From a candidate division WOR-3 bacterium (GTDB lineage: Bacteria; Hydrothermota; Tepidihabitantia; Tepidihabitantales; Tepidihabitantaceae): a stretch of 64,000 bases of DNA. This document shows, piece after piece, positions 48,188-56,999 of this stretch. The notes under the pieces are model-generated. The model had not been told where the DNA came from and made no database searches. It was given only the letters and a program-made list of their open reading frames with translations. The first letter of the stretch is position 1. Each line of letters opens with the position of its first letter. The DNA is taken from positions 96,001 to 160,000 of the forward strand of contig CBFGIT010000001.1 in NCBI GenBank assembly GCA_965648905.1. The letters are read 5' to 3'. The translations under genes were made by a program, and so were the position numbers.

Positions 48188-49324
48188 ATGAAGCGCCCAG
48201 GCTTCTGGCGGCGGTCGAGAAGGATGATGCGGAGGCTGCCGTACTCGCTCCGCATCGGGCTTGTGCTGCTCGGCGTGTTCTGCGTTCTGGTGCTGGCCGT
48301 GTACCTGGCTGAGAGGCCGGCACAGAGTCGCGCCGGGCGCCGGTACGACGTCCTGGACGCACTCAGCATGGTGCTTTTCCTGCTGGGGGGCGACCCGGGT
48401 ACCGATGACCCGCTTACCGACCTCGGTCGTGTGCTCAGGCTCATCACTTTTGTACTGGGTGTCGGGTTGGTTGCGGTCGTAATCGGGCGCGTGGCGGTCT
48501 ACATTATGCAGCGGCAAAAGGAGGCAGGAGTGCATCCAGATACAGAAGGCCACATCATCATCTGCGGATGGAACAGCCGCGGTGACCGAATCGTCCGGGA
48601 GCTGCACGCACCGGACGCTGCCCCGGAGACAACAGTTTGCATTATCACCGAGAAAGAGACGAACGAGAAGTTGCTCCGCGACGCGAGCCCGGTTGAGTAC
48701 GAAAACGTGTACTTCGTGAGGCAGGACCCGACGTCTCACTCGGTACTGAAGCAACAGCGGGCGCATCGGGCGCGGAGCGTAATCATCCTGATGGACGAGG
48801 ACTGTCCTGACCCGGACGGCAAGGCCGCGCTGATTGCGCTGGCGATCAGCAACCTGGAGCGCGAGAGCGCTCTCCCCCGAAAGCCCCACATCGTTGCCGA
48901 GGTCGGCAATCACCGCAAGGTCGAGCACCTGAAGGATGCGGGCGTGGACGAGTGGGTCTGCGCCCATGACTTCGGGTTGGGAATACTTGCCCAGGCAGCA
49001 TTGACGCAGAAGATTACCGAAGTCTACCAGCATCTGCTTTCGCGCTCTCCGGACACCAACGAGCTGTACATCGTGGGGCAGTCAAACTACCCGGCGCAGC
49101 TTGTCGGGAAGTCATTTGCCGAGGCCGCAAGTCTGATTTCCCGGAACCGGTCAACCCATAACCCGGTACTGCTGCTGGGCGTCAGGCGCGGCGAGCGGCT
49201 GATAATGAATCCAAAAGGGCACGAGCTGGAACGCATCGAGCCGAACGACGCTCTGGTGGTGATGGCTTACGAGGCTCCGAACCTGGTCTTGCCAGACGGA
49301 GCGACTGATGAGAGTCAGGGATAG
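48188..49324 (+). CDS. Two-TM channel-like protein with RCK (TrkA-N/C) domains
   Basis: GHIIICGWN, ARSVIIL, HIVAEV, AGVDEWV, MNPKG. Confidence 0.82.
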   Translation: MKRPGFWRRSRRMMRRLPYSLRIGLVLLGVFCVLVLAVYLAERPAQSRAGRRYDVLDALSMVLFLLGGDPGTDDPLTDLGRVLRLITFVLGVGLVAVVIGRVAVYIMQRQKEAGVHPDTEGHIIICGWNSRGDRIVRELHAPDAAPETTVCIITEKETNEKLLRDASPVEYENVYFVRQDPTSHSVLKQQRAHRARSVIILMDEDCPDPDGKAALIALAISNLERESALPRKPHIVAEVGNHRKVEHLKDAGVDEWVCAHDFGLGILAQAALTQKITEVYQHLLSRSPDTNELYIVGQSNYPAQLVGKSFAEAASLISRNRSTHNPVLLLGVRRGERLIMNPKGHELERIEPNDALVVMAYEAPNLVLPDGATDESQG

Positions 49325-49330
49325 TACAGC

Positions 49331-50278
49331 GTGCTCAGTCGGACTGGCCTGAGACTGCTCGCGCTGATAGCATGCTGCTCGTGCCTGGTGCTGCTCGAGT
49401 GTCCGGAAACGCGAGCACCGGTCTCACCCGTAGACATCGTCCCTGCGGGCAGTGCATTTGTGCTGGTTGCGGACTGGACCGTAACGCGCACGGACGCGTG
49501 CCTGCGGAAGACAGCAAACGCTGATGAAGTCGAGCGGCAGTTGGCCGGAATCGGGCTGGCCGGGGCTGATCTGTCTGAAGTCGCTGTCTGTGCATTAGCA
49601 GCAGACCCGGGTAATTCCGAGGCAATTGTCGCTTCAGGTTCTTTCCGGCCGCGGGCTGTCCTGCAGTCGCTGCGCGAACAGGGCTGGACTCCGCTGACAT
49701 ACCACCGTTACCGTGTTGCCCGGTCCCCGTCCGGCGAAGAATGCGCTGCTGCCATCGGCTCCAATGTCATCGCCCTGGGCAAGGAAGCCGGGGTTGCTGC
49801 CGTGCTCGATGTGGCACGCGGTGAAACCGAACCTTTCACCAGGCAGGAGCCGTACGACCGGATGGTCGGTCGGTACCGGCGCAAGGGACAACCGGTGTAT
49901 GCGGTTGTGGTGGTGCCACAGGAAGCCCAGGACATGGGCCAGGCAGCGCTCAGCCTTTCGGCATTTGGCTGCGGTCTTCTGGGCCTGGACGCAGTCGGCT
50001 CGGTCCTGAGCAGCATTCCTTCAACCAGTGCCATGGGCGTGTGCATCGCCCCGGCCAAGGGCATCTACCGGAGTGAAATAGGAATGGTGCTGAGCGACGA
50101 GAAAGCGGCAAGCATGATTACGGGCAGCATCGGGCTGCTCAAGGGCCTTACCTCGATACTCAGCGGGGGCCACGAAGGAAGAGAAACGCTGGCCCAGGCC
50201 GACAAGCTATCCTCCACCCGCGACCGCGAAATCGTCTACATCGCCGTGATGATGACCGCGGAGGAAGTCCTGCACTGA
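49331..50278 (+). CDS. Hypothetical exported protein
   Basis: Signal-like N-terminus; 6 nt downstream of the channel gene. Confidence 0.65.
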   Translation: MLSRTGLRLLALIACCSCLVLLECPETRAPVSPVDIVPAGSAFVLVADWTVTRTDACLRKTANADEVERQLAGIGLAGADLSEVAVCALAADPGNSEAIVASGSFRPRAVLQSLREQGWTPLTYHRYRVARSPSGEECAAAIGSNVIALGKEAGVAAVLDVARGETEPFTRQEPYDRMVGRYRRKGQPVYAVVVVPQEAQDMGQAALSLSAFGCGLLGLDAVGSVLSSIPSTSAMGVCIAPAKGIYRSEIGMVLSDEKAASMITGSIGLLKGLTSILSGGHEGRETLAQADKLSSTRDREIVYIAVMMTAEEVLH

Positions 50279-50378
50279 GCGGAGGCGCCCTACTTTCATC
50301 GCTTCGTGCCTGTCAAGTGATCTTGCAGTCACGACGGTGGTTGCAGAAAGACACGGGTGCTCCGTTCCTCTGTCGGTG

Positions 50379-50774
50379 CTAAGAGGATCGCATTGCTTCC
50401 ACGAACGTGTGTACGCTAACGGCCAGGGCACTCATGGACCTGTCAAGCACGGGCTTGACTGCCTCGGGCGTAGCACAGAACATCTCAATGGTAGCCCAGA
50501 CGTTATCCTCAACCGGGAAAACCTTGGCAACTTTGGTGTCTGCAGTCGCCTTGACCGACGCCATAATGACCTTGGCGCGCTCCTCTTCGCTTTCAATCTT
50601 CCAGAAGTTGGGATACACGATCCTGAAGAACTCCTCGTCTTTGTCCTGCAAGATAATGTAGTAGGTACGACCTTCACGCATGAACTTGACATCGCCGTCT
50701 CGGTCTATCTCGGGACGGTAGCCGAGTTCTGCCAGATACTCTCTGTACATGCCGATTCTAGTTGCCTTATCCAT
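50379..50774 (-). CDS. YbjN/type III chaperone-fold-like protein
   Basis: YLAELGYRPEIDRDGDVKF, AKVF; AGGAG RBS. Confidence 0.65.
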   Translation of the reverse strand: MDKATRIGMYREYLAELGYRPEIDRDGDVKFMREGRTYYIILQDKDEEFFRIVYPNFWKIESEEERAKVIMASVKATADTKVAKVFPVEDNVWATIEMFCATPEAVKPVLDRSMSALAVSVHTFVEAMRSS

Positions 50775-50843
50775 TTCGCCAACTCCTTTGTGTTTGTGTG
50801 TTACCAAGATAGCACAGCTTTGTCCGGTCTTTTGCCGAAACCC

Positions 50844-51056
50844 TCACGGCTGGTGTACACCTCCATATGGGTATCGGCACTTCATGAGTCTCATCACCAC
50901 GAGTCTTAGTGCGGTCGAGACCCGGTACTTGTCTAGGGCTTGCACGGCGTATTCGGAACACGTGGGCGTGAACCGGCACTGCCCCGGGGAGATAAACCTC
51001 GACAGACGCGCCTGGTAGAACCTAATCGCTCCAATCAATACTCGTCTCAAGTGCAC
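50844..51056 (-). CDS. yidD: YidD-like membrane protein insertion efficiency factor
   Basis: IRFYQ, CRFTPTCSEYAVQAL, RLMKC, GGVHQP. Confidence 0.82.
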   Translation of the reverse strand: MHLRRVLIGAIRFYQARLSRFISPGQCRFTPTCSEYAVQALDKYRVSTALRLVVMRLMKCRYPYGGVHQP

Positions 51057-51096
51057 CGTATCACGTCGCCTGAAGGCGGACTATGCGAGTTCGTAG

Positions 51097-51297
51097 CTAC
51101 TTTGCCAGGGAGCAGTCACTTCTCGCGTCGTCCCATAGCTTGCATTTGTCGCGGACGCAATCTGTCGGCTCCCAGATCTCGTACGGTATCTTCTGCTCAG
51201 GAGTCGCGCCCATACCCAAGCAGCCGCTCTTGGCAGGAATTACCTCATACTTGGTCTTCGAAACCCACGAGAACGGACACATTGTACCTTTGCCCAT
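51097..51297 (-). CDS. Small Cys-rich hypothetical protein
   Basis: GGAG RBS; CPF...CVRDKCKLWD..C. Confidence 0.6.
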   Translation of the reverse strand: MGKGTMCPFSWVSKTKYEVIPAKSGCLGMGATPEQKIPYEIWEPTDCVRDKCKLWDDARSDCSLAK

Positions 51298-51338
51298 AGA
51301 TATCTCCCATAATAGCGGCCATCTAACGTATCTCCCTT

Positions 51339-51488
51339 CTACACCTTACCGGTTCCCTTGCAGTTGGGACACCTGCGCACGCCGTGGTCGCACGTACACT
51401 TGCCGTGGATGATGCCCAGGCTGCCGGTCCCGTTGCAGTCCTTGCACTTGACTACACCCTTACCATTGCATGTTGGACATGTTGCCAT
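51339..51488 (-). CDS. Stand-alone DnaJ-type zinc-finger microprotein (49 aa)
   Basis: MATCPTCNGKGVVKCKDCNGTGSLGIIHGKCTCDHGVRRCPNCKGTGKV; GGAGGTGA RBS; below the ORF-track cutoff. Confidence 0.8.
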   Translation of the reverse strand: MATCPTCNGKGVVKCKDCNGTGSLGIIHGKCTCDHGVRRCPNCKGTGKV

Positions 51489-51494
51489 TTTCAG

Positions 51495-52046
51495 TCACCT
51501 CCCCTCTCTTCTTCGTTCCCTAGCACAGACAGCGTTCCCTACTGCGTTCAGCAGTGGTCCGAAAACACACACCCTCAGCAATCGACGGAGAGCAGCACTC
51601 CGGGCCGCCACACTCGCAACGGACGGGGCAAGCCGGTAGTAGACGGCTGCGAGAACCCGTCCCGCCGGAGATTCGGAAAGCACCTCGTCGCGGAATCGCC
51701 TCAGAATGATAGCCGCTTCGGCCATTGACGAACCGTACACTGCCGTGGCGATGAAGCACCGACTGCATCCACCTGCGGTAACAGATGAGTTCGTGGTTAT
51801 GGTTGAATATGTATTCGGCATGGAGTACGCCAGCCCGCTCGGCTCCTCGGACCGTAACCTCGTCGTGCAGATGTACCGTTCCCTGTGTCTCCCCTTGGTA
51901 GTATACCTGCGCAAAGCTGTCAGAGGGTAGCGCCAGTCTGAATTTAAGAACCGGAATCGCGCGCCCATCGGGTCTGGACCAGGCGGGTATCGGGGGGTGC
52001 TTCTGCTCGACCTGGGGTTGGTCATCAACGATGCCTCGTACTTCAA
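51495..52046 (-). CDS. CFI-box-CTERM domain protein
   Basis: CFIATAVYGS..LRRFRDEVL..GR..YYRLAP. Confidence 0.72.
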   Translation of the reverse strand: MKYEASLMTNPRSSRSTPRYPPGPDPMGARFRFLNSDWRYPLTALRRYTTKGRHRERYICTTRLRSEEPSGLAYSMPNTYSTITTNSSVTAGGCSRCFIATAVYGSSMAEAAIILRRFRDEVLSESPAGRVLAAVYYRLAPSVASVAARSAALRRLLRVCVFGPLLNAVGNAVCARERRREGR

Positions 52047-52679
52047 CGGCCGGCAAACCTGGTCTCCTCATCCACGGTCGCTTCGTTAAACCTCCCATGA
52101 ACTGCTATTGACTTAGGATCCCGACCCCTTCGCTCTCCCTGGTCACGGTTGGCGACAACCGTCCGCACAATAGATGACAGACTAGCAATGCACCGGCCTG
52201 ACACGCCGCGCCGACTTTCCGCAACCGGCATCTCCAGCGCTATCGCCAGCGTTCCGGTCCCGGGTTGTCTGCGGACGACAACAAGCACGTCCGCTTCTCT
52301 ACCACAAGCGTACACTGTACCTCTCGCCGCTCTCCCAAGACGGCTCCTTTAGCACCAAGATTGCCTGCAGGTTGTCACTCGGGCCTCGGACGCTGACGGT
52401 TCGAGAACTCGCTCGGCGGGATTACAGGTGCTTTTGCCGAGACGACCCGAACCCTGCCTCAAGACCGAGGCAATATATAACCTACCCCTAGAGTCTAGTC
52501 AAGTTTTCCGAACTGCCTGTTGCACCGACTCGGCGCCGGGTTCGACTGCGCGGTTTGGTTGGCCGTGCTGGCGACTTGGTCGTGTTCTTGTGCGAGGGCG
52601 GAGGTAAGGGAGAGGGGAGCTGGTGAAGTCAGAAGGCAGACATCAGAATGCAGAAGTCAGAGCAAAGGCAGAGGGGAGC

Positions 52680-53426
52680 CTAGACCGGAGGCAGACGGTC
52701 GAGCTCGCCGGTCTTCTCCTGCCGGCCAAACCAGTCAACCACTGATTCCTGCACGCGGTCGATGCTTGCCGCGGGCACGAGGTTCTGTTCCACAAGCCAG
52801 GCCCGCGCTTTGTCGAGCATCCTCTGCCGCACTTCGGGCGGCTTGCCCCGAGTGCGGTTCAAGACGCCGAGGACCTTGCGCGCGTGGTCGAATAGAAGCT
52901 TCGCATCCTGCCAGTTCCGGTCCAGGTGCTCGGCATCGATGATGTTTTTCACGTAGAGGTGCAGTTCCTCACGCAGGAGCGCGGCCCGGGCAAGCTTTCT
53001 GGCCCGCAGTTGACGTTTGTCTGCTGGTTCCGGCCACCCGCCTCTTGCTCGGCGCGCCGCAGCCTGCTTGACGTCGTACTTGAGCACCTCGGTCGCGGTC
53101 TTTATCGGCAGGTTGGCAGCAAGTTGACCGACTGCAACTGCTCCAGCCTGCTCAGGTGCAGTCGGCAATGACGTGTAGCGGTCGAGGATGTCTTTCAGGT
53201 CGTCGAACGAAGCCTGGCACGCGCGCAGGTAGTCGGCAACCGTGCCGATGCCGAGGTTCGGAACCCTGCCCTTCTCAATGTCACCGATCATGTGGTGGCT
53301 GCCTTTGCACTCGCGGCCCATCAGGATTGCAACCTGGGCCTGGGTCAGCCCGGCACGCAGGCGCAGTTCGCGCAGCCGCGCGCCAATCTCCTTGGCTGGC
53401 TTGAATGGTTCTTTGGCTCTCGGCAT
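52680..53426 (-). CDS. XRE-family HTH transcriptional regulator
   Basis: IGARLRELRLRAGLTQAQVA..IEKGRVPN. Confidence 0.82.
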   Translation of the reverse strand: MPRAKEPFKPAKEIGARLRELRLRAGLTQAQVAILMGRECKGSHHMIGDIEKGRVPNLGIGTVADYLRACQASFDDLKDILDRYTSLPTAPEQAGAVAVGQLAANLPIKTATEVLKYDVKQAAARRARGGWPEPADKRQLRARKLARAALLREELHLYVKNIIDAEHLDRNWQDAKLLFDHARKVLGVLNRTRGKPPEVRQRMLDKARAWLVEQNLVPAASIDRVQESVVDWFGRQEKTGELDRLPPV

Positions 53427-53440
53427 CAGCTTTCCAGAAC

Positions 53441-53472
53441 ACACGCATGATAGTAATTACTATCATGCGTGT
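53441..53472. promoter_or_regulatory. Perfect 32-bp palindrome overlapping the XRE gene promoter
   Basis: ACACGCATGATAGTAA|TTACTATCATGCGTGT; on the minus strand TTGACA-17-TATCAT overlaps it. Confidence 0.8.
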
Positions 53473-53843
53473 CAACTCACCCGTGCCTGTAAGTCTGCGA
53501 TTTGCATGCTGATATGTGAATTGGCCGCGCAGGACTCCCCGGCTCCCCAGAGAGTATCGGCAATAACGTTGAACGTGCTTTCGGGCTGAGTTGTACTCCA
53601 GGCGTTGCCGCAGGTGTCTTCTGTTATCCTTGGCCGAGTGCTGCCAGAAGTGCTGCCTCGCGTAATAGGCCAGGCAGTCAGCCTGCCATAAGCTGAACCA
53701 GCAGCCTGAGCAGTTCTTCCGGCAGTTGAGCAGGCCGATGGTTGCCGGTTCAGGCCTGCGGTTAGCGCTCTTTCCTAACCTGTCTTGCGACCCGTGCTTC
53801 GAGCTGTGGAACCAGGGTCAAGCTACGGCTGCGCTGGCCCGGG

Positions 53844-55457
53844 CTATTCGGCTAGAATCGCCTTGGCAGCAGAGGAAGCAGGGCCATCAACAAGCCGGAA
53901 CAGGTAAATCCCGGCGCCGCACCGGTGGCCCTGTTCGTCAAAGCCGTCCCAGACGACCCGGTCAGTCGCTGCGAGCGTGCGTACGAGGTTGCCCGCGGCA
54001 TCGTAGACTTGAAGTCGCGCTGCCGGAGTGCGCAGAGGCGTAAACTCGGCCACAAACGGCGGCGTGCCGATGGTGGGCGTGACACGCTTGAGCCGGGCCG
54101 GCGTCCGAGGTGCAACTGGTTCGCTTGCACCAGTGGCAGTGTGCGCACCGGCGAGTCTGGCAATGGTCGCGACCGCGGTCTTGACAACTTCGGTTGCCAT
54201 CGGCAGGTTGTTGGTCCCGCAGTTGGTGTAGTAGAGCGGGCCGATGGTGTCGCCGATGGTATGGTACATCGGGGTGAAGTCCCGCTCAATCCCGCAGAAG
54301 GCAACATAGCCGCGCTGCCAGAATGAATGATGGTCAGAGTAAGGCGCGTAGCTCACCATTGACTTCAGGGTCTTGAGCTGGGCAAAGGTGTCGGCCTGGG
54401 CGATGAAGTAGTCGACAAGCCATTCGCAGTTCGGGTTGGAGCGTTTGCCGATGACCTCAAAGGTGTCCAGGTACTGCCGGCCATAGGAAATCATGTCGAA
54501 GTTGAGCACGGCCTGAATCGAGTCGCCGCGACGATAGCAGCGGGCGGCAAAGCTGTCTGAGCCGTAAAGGCCCTGTTCTTCGCCCGCGAATCCGATGAAC
54601 CAGACCGTATGGTCGAACTCGATGTCGGCAAAAACCCGGGCCGCCTCGAGCACTGCAGCCGCACCTGAGCCGTTGTCGTCTGAGCCCGGGCAGCGGTTCG
54701 GCGCGTAGTCAGAAGTGTTGTCAACGTGGCCGCAGATGATGTAGATGCGCCGGGGGTTGAGTCGGCCGCGTTTGACGCCGATGGCATTTGGTGCGTAGTT
54801 GGAGCGGAAAGGTTCGAGTGCGGTCGAGTCGCAGTTGTACTCTATGAACCGGTCGCGCATCCATTCCATGGCCCGACGGCAGGAGTCAGTGGTCGAGTAG
54901 CGGGTGTAGAACGCGACCAGGCGTTCGATGTTGCTCCGGAACGAGTCCTGGCTGACACGGTTGACGAGGTTCTGGACCAGCGAGTCGGTGACCTTGGGCA
55001 GGCTGGGTTGGGTCTGACGAGAGCCGGAAAAAACCATCGGTTCCTGCGAAACCCGGCACAGTTCGACCGGCAGTTGGTTGAGCTGGAGGATATTCTCCTC
55101 GGTTGTGGCTAGGAGAACACCGTGGTTATCCTGAGTCAGTATCCGGCCGTGCTCTGCCAGCATAGTCCGGTCAAAGCCGGGCCTGGGCGTGACGTAGACG
55201 TAACACTCGGCAGAAGGACGAAGGTCGAAGGACGAAGGTCGAAACTGGTCGAGCAGTGCGACGCCGGTGCTGACAGACTTGAGTGCTTCTTCGGGCGCAC
55301 GCACCAGGCACCAGTTGTCGAGTTCCAGAAGGACATCAGCCCCAAGCCTGGTCAGAGCTTCGGGGTTCATGCCGTCAACCCGGGCAAGCCAGTTCGGGCC
55401 AGCAAATGCCGGCAGGGCAGTGAGACAGACCGCAATCAGCAAGCAGGCAGATTTCAA
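53844..55457 (-). CDS. M28 family peptidase with C-terminal FlgD-Ig/sorting domain
   Basis: GHVD, GSDDNGSG, GEEQGL, NFDM, SDH, YHT; VYDAAG..WDG..GIYLFRL; TTG start with AAGGA RBS. Confidence 0.88.
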   Translation of the reverse strand: MKSACLLIAVCLTALPAFAGPNWLARVDGMNPEALTRLGADVLLELDNWCLVRAPEEALKSVSTGVALLDQFRPSSFDLRPSAECYVYVTPRPGFDRTMLAEHGRILTQDNHGVLLATTEENILQLNQLPVELCRVSQEPMVFSGSRQTQPSLPKVTDSLVQNLVNRVSQDSFRSNIERLVAFYTRYSTTDSCRRAMEWMRDRFIEYNCDSTALEPFRSNYAPNAIGVKRGRLNPRRIYIICGHVDNTSDYAPNRCPGSDDNGSGAAAVLEAARVFADIEFDHTVWFIGFAGEEQGLYGSDSFAARCYRRGDSIQAVLNFDMISYGRQYLDTFEVIGKRSNPNCEWLVDYFIAQADTFAQLKTLKSMVSYAPYSDHHSFWQRGYVAFCGIERDFTPMYHTIGDTIGPLYYTNCGTNNLPMATEVVKTAVATIARLAGAHTATGASEPVAPRTPARLKRVTPTIGTPPFVAEFTPLRTPAARLQVYDAAGNLVRTLAATDRVVWDGFDEQGHRCGAGIYLFRLVDGPASSAAKAILAE

Positions 55458-55532
55458 GGTTGGATTCCTTTCAGGTATCAGGAGTAATGATACCAGCCCC
55501 AAGCCCGGTCGTCAAAACAGCGGCCGGGCTGG

Positions 55533-56996
55533 TCAGTCGGAGAGCTTGAGCAAGACGAGGGCTGAAGCCTCGGTCTCCGGGCTGTGCGCGACGTAGACGC
55601 CAGCCGGCACAGGCCGTCCGCTCTTGTCGCAGCCGTCCCACTCAACGCAATCGTAACTCAACGGTTTGAGTATGCGCAGGACCCGGCCATCTGCGCCGGT
55701 GATTGTAATCGCACCGTTATCGCGTGTGCCGGAGAGGGTCGTCTTCCGGCTGAACGGGTTGGGCCAGGAGTGCAACCGACCAGCCCTGCTGGCCGTGCCG
55801 GCTTCGGCGACGTCGGTGCTGCCGACATAGAAGCTGTCCTGGGCCGTTGTCACCTGATTCATGCCGTCGCTGAACCGGAAAGAGAATCGGTGCCAGCCTG
55901 GGCTGAACTTGGCAAGCTCGCGCCCGAACCGGACTCCGGCCTCGTAGCGGTGGCTTGCCGGCACAAGGTAGTATGGATTGCCGTCGACAAGCAGACCACG
56001 CTCGGTCGGCAGGTTGGAGTCAACATCGGTGTAGGTGACCGTGAAGACGAAATATGTGCTGGGTGAGCCAGAGCGCGGGTTCACGTGCGGGTCGGTCAGT
56101 GTCGGACCGCGGTTCTGACCGATAGCAAACGACGGCGTGCGCGTGGCGTAGTAGTTCGCCGGCGCAGTGGTGTCGCGCAGGGCCGCACCGCCGATGGGAT
56201 AGATAGCCTGGGTGTTGGCCGCGACCGAAAGAAATCCCGACGTGTTGGGCCAGGGCCCGAACTTCGGATGACCGACCATGTCGCTTGCGTCGCAGCGTAA
56301 ATGGAGCCGGTTGCCGCTGGTCGAAGCATCGGCATTGCCGATACGCTCGTAGCTCGCTGCGTACCGGTTGATGAGATAGAGCCCGGTGGTGAACACGCCC
56401 GGTACGTTGGCGTAACTGAGCGAGAAGGCATAGGTGTCGGTCGGTGCCTCCGGATTCACAAAGCCGATGGAGTAGATGAACCACGGCTGCGGAAAGGTGT
56501 AGAGCGGCCAGCTTGTGTGGTTGTTCGTGAGCGAGCCGTAGAACTTGTTTCCTGAGTAGCCGACCCATGCGCCGGTCAGGTCGACCCAGTTGCCTTCCGG
56601 GTCGATGGCGTCGCCGGTCGGGTCATTGGCCGCAAGCGCCAGAAGATTCATGCCCGGCGGCCAGGTATTAGTTGAGTTGTACGGGCTCTGGGTAGCGATG
56701 TTGGCCGCGCTGAGACCGCGCAGATAGTACCAGACCGTGCCCGAACTGCCGACCGCAAAGGTAGCCACGTGCGTGCTCTCATAGCCCGGGTCGGCCATGC
56801 GCGACATCGGCAGCTCAATCCAGCTTGCCTGGTTGTCGGTCGAGTAGAACAGACGTCCGACTGACAGGTCCTGGCCCGACGTGGCGATCTCACCGTTCAC
56901 AGTCACATGTCCGCCTGCGGCCGGCGCAGAGTTGCAGACATCGGTCAAAGTCGGCGTGGCCGAAGCGAGGAGAAGCACGACCGCGAACGCGCTCAT
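55533..56996 (-). CDS. Secreted protein with C-terminal FlgD-Ig/sorting domain
   Basis: Signal peptide; WPNPFS..WDGCDKSGRPVPAGVY. Confidence 0.75.
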   Translation of the reverse strand: MSAFAVVLLLASATPTLTDVCNSAPAAGGHVTVNGEIATSGQDLSVGRLFYSTDNQASWIELPMSRMADPGYESTHVATFAVGSSGTVWYYLRGLSAANIATQSPYNSTNTWPPGMNLLALAANDPTGDAIDPEGNWVDLTGAWVGYSGNKFYGSLTNNHTSWPLYTFPQPWFIYSIGFVNPEAPTDTYAFSLSYANVPGVFTTGLYLINRYAASYERIGNADASTSGNRLHLRCDASDMVGHPKFGPWPNTSGFLSVAANTQAIYPIGGAALRDTTAPANYYATRTPSFAIGQNRGPTLTDPHVNPRSGSPSTYFVFTVTYTDVDSNLPTERGLLVDGNPYYLVPASHRYEAGVRFGRELAKFSPGWHRFSFRFSDGMNQVTTAQDSFYVGSTDVAEAGTASRAGRLHSWPNPFSRKTTLSGTRDNGAITITGADGRVLRILKPLSYDCVEWDGCDKSGRPVPAGVYVAHSPETEASALVLLKLSD

Positions 56997-56999
56997 GCG

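Noticed and set aside
52043..52315. 90-aa ORF upstream of the CFI-box gene
   Set aside because: Plausible RBS and overlap but no motif support; not listed as a feature.
30066..53426. Prophage or ICE as carrier of the accessory region
   Set aside because: No integrase, transposase, tRNA, att repeats or phage structural genes recognised.
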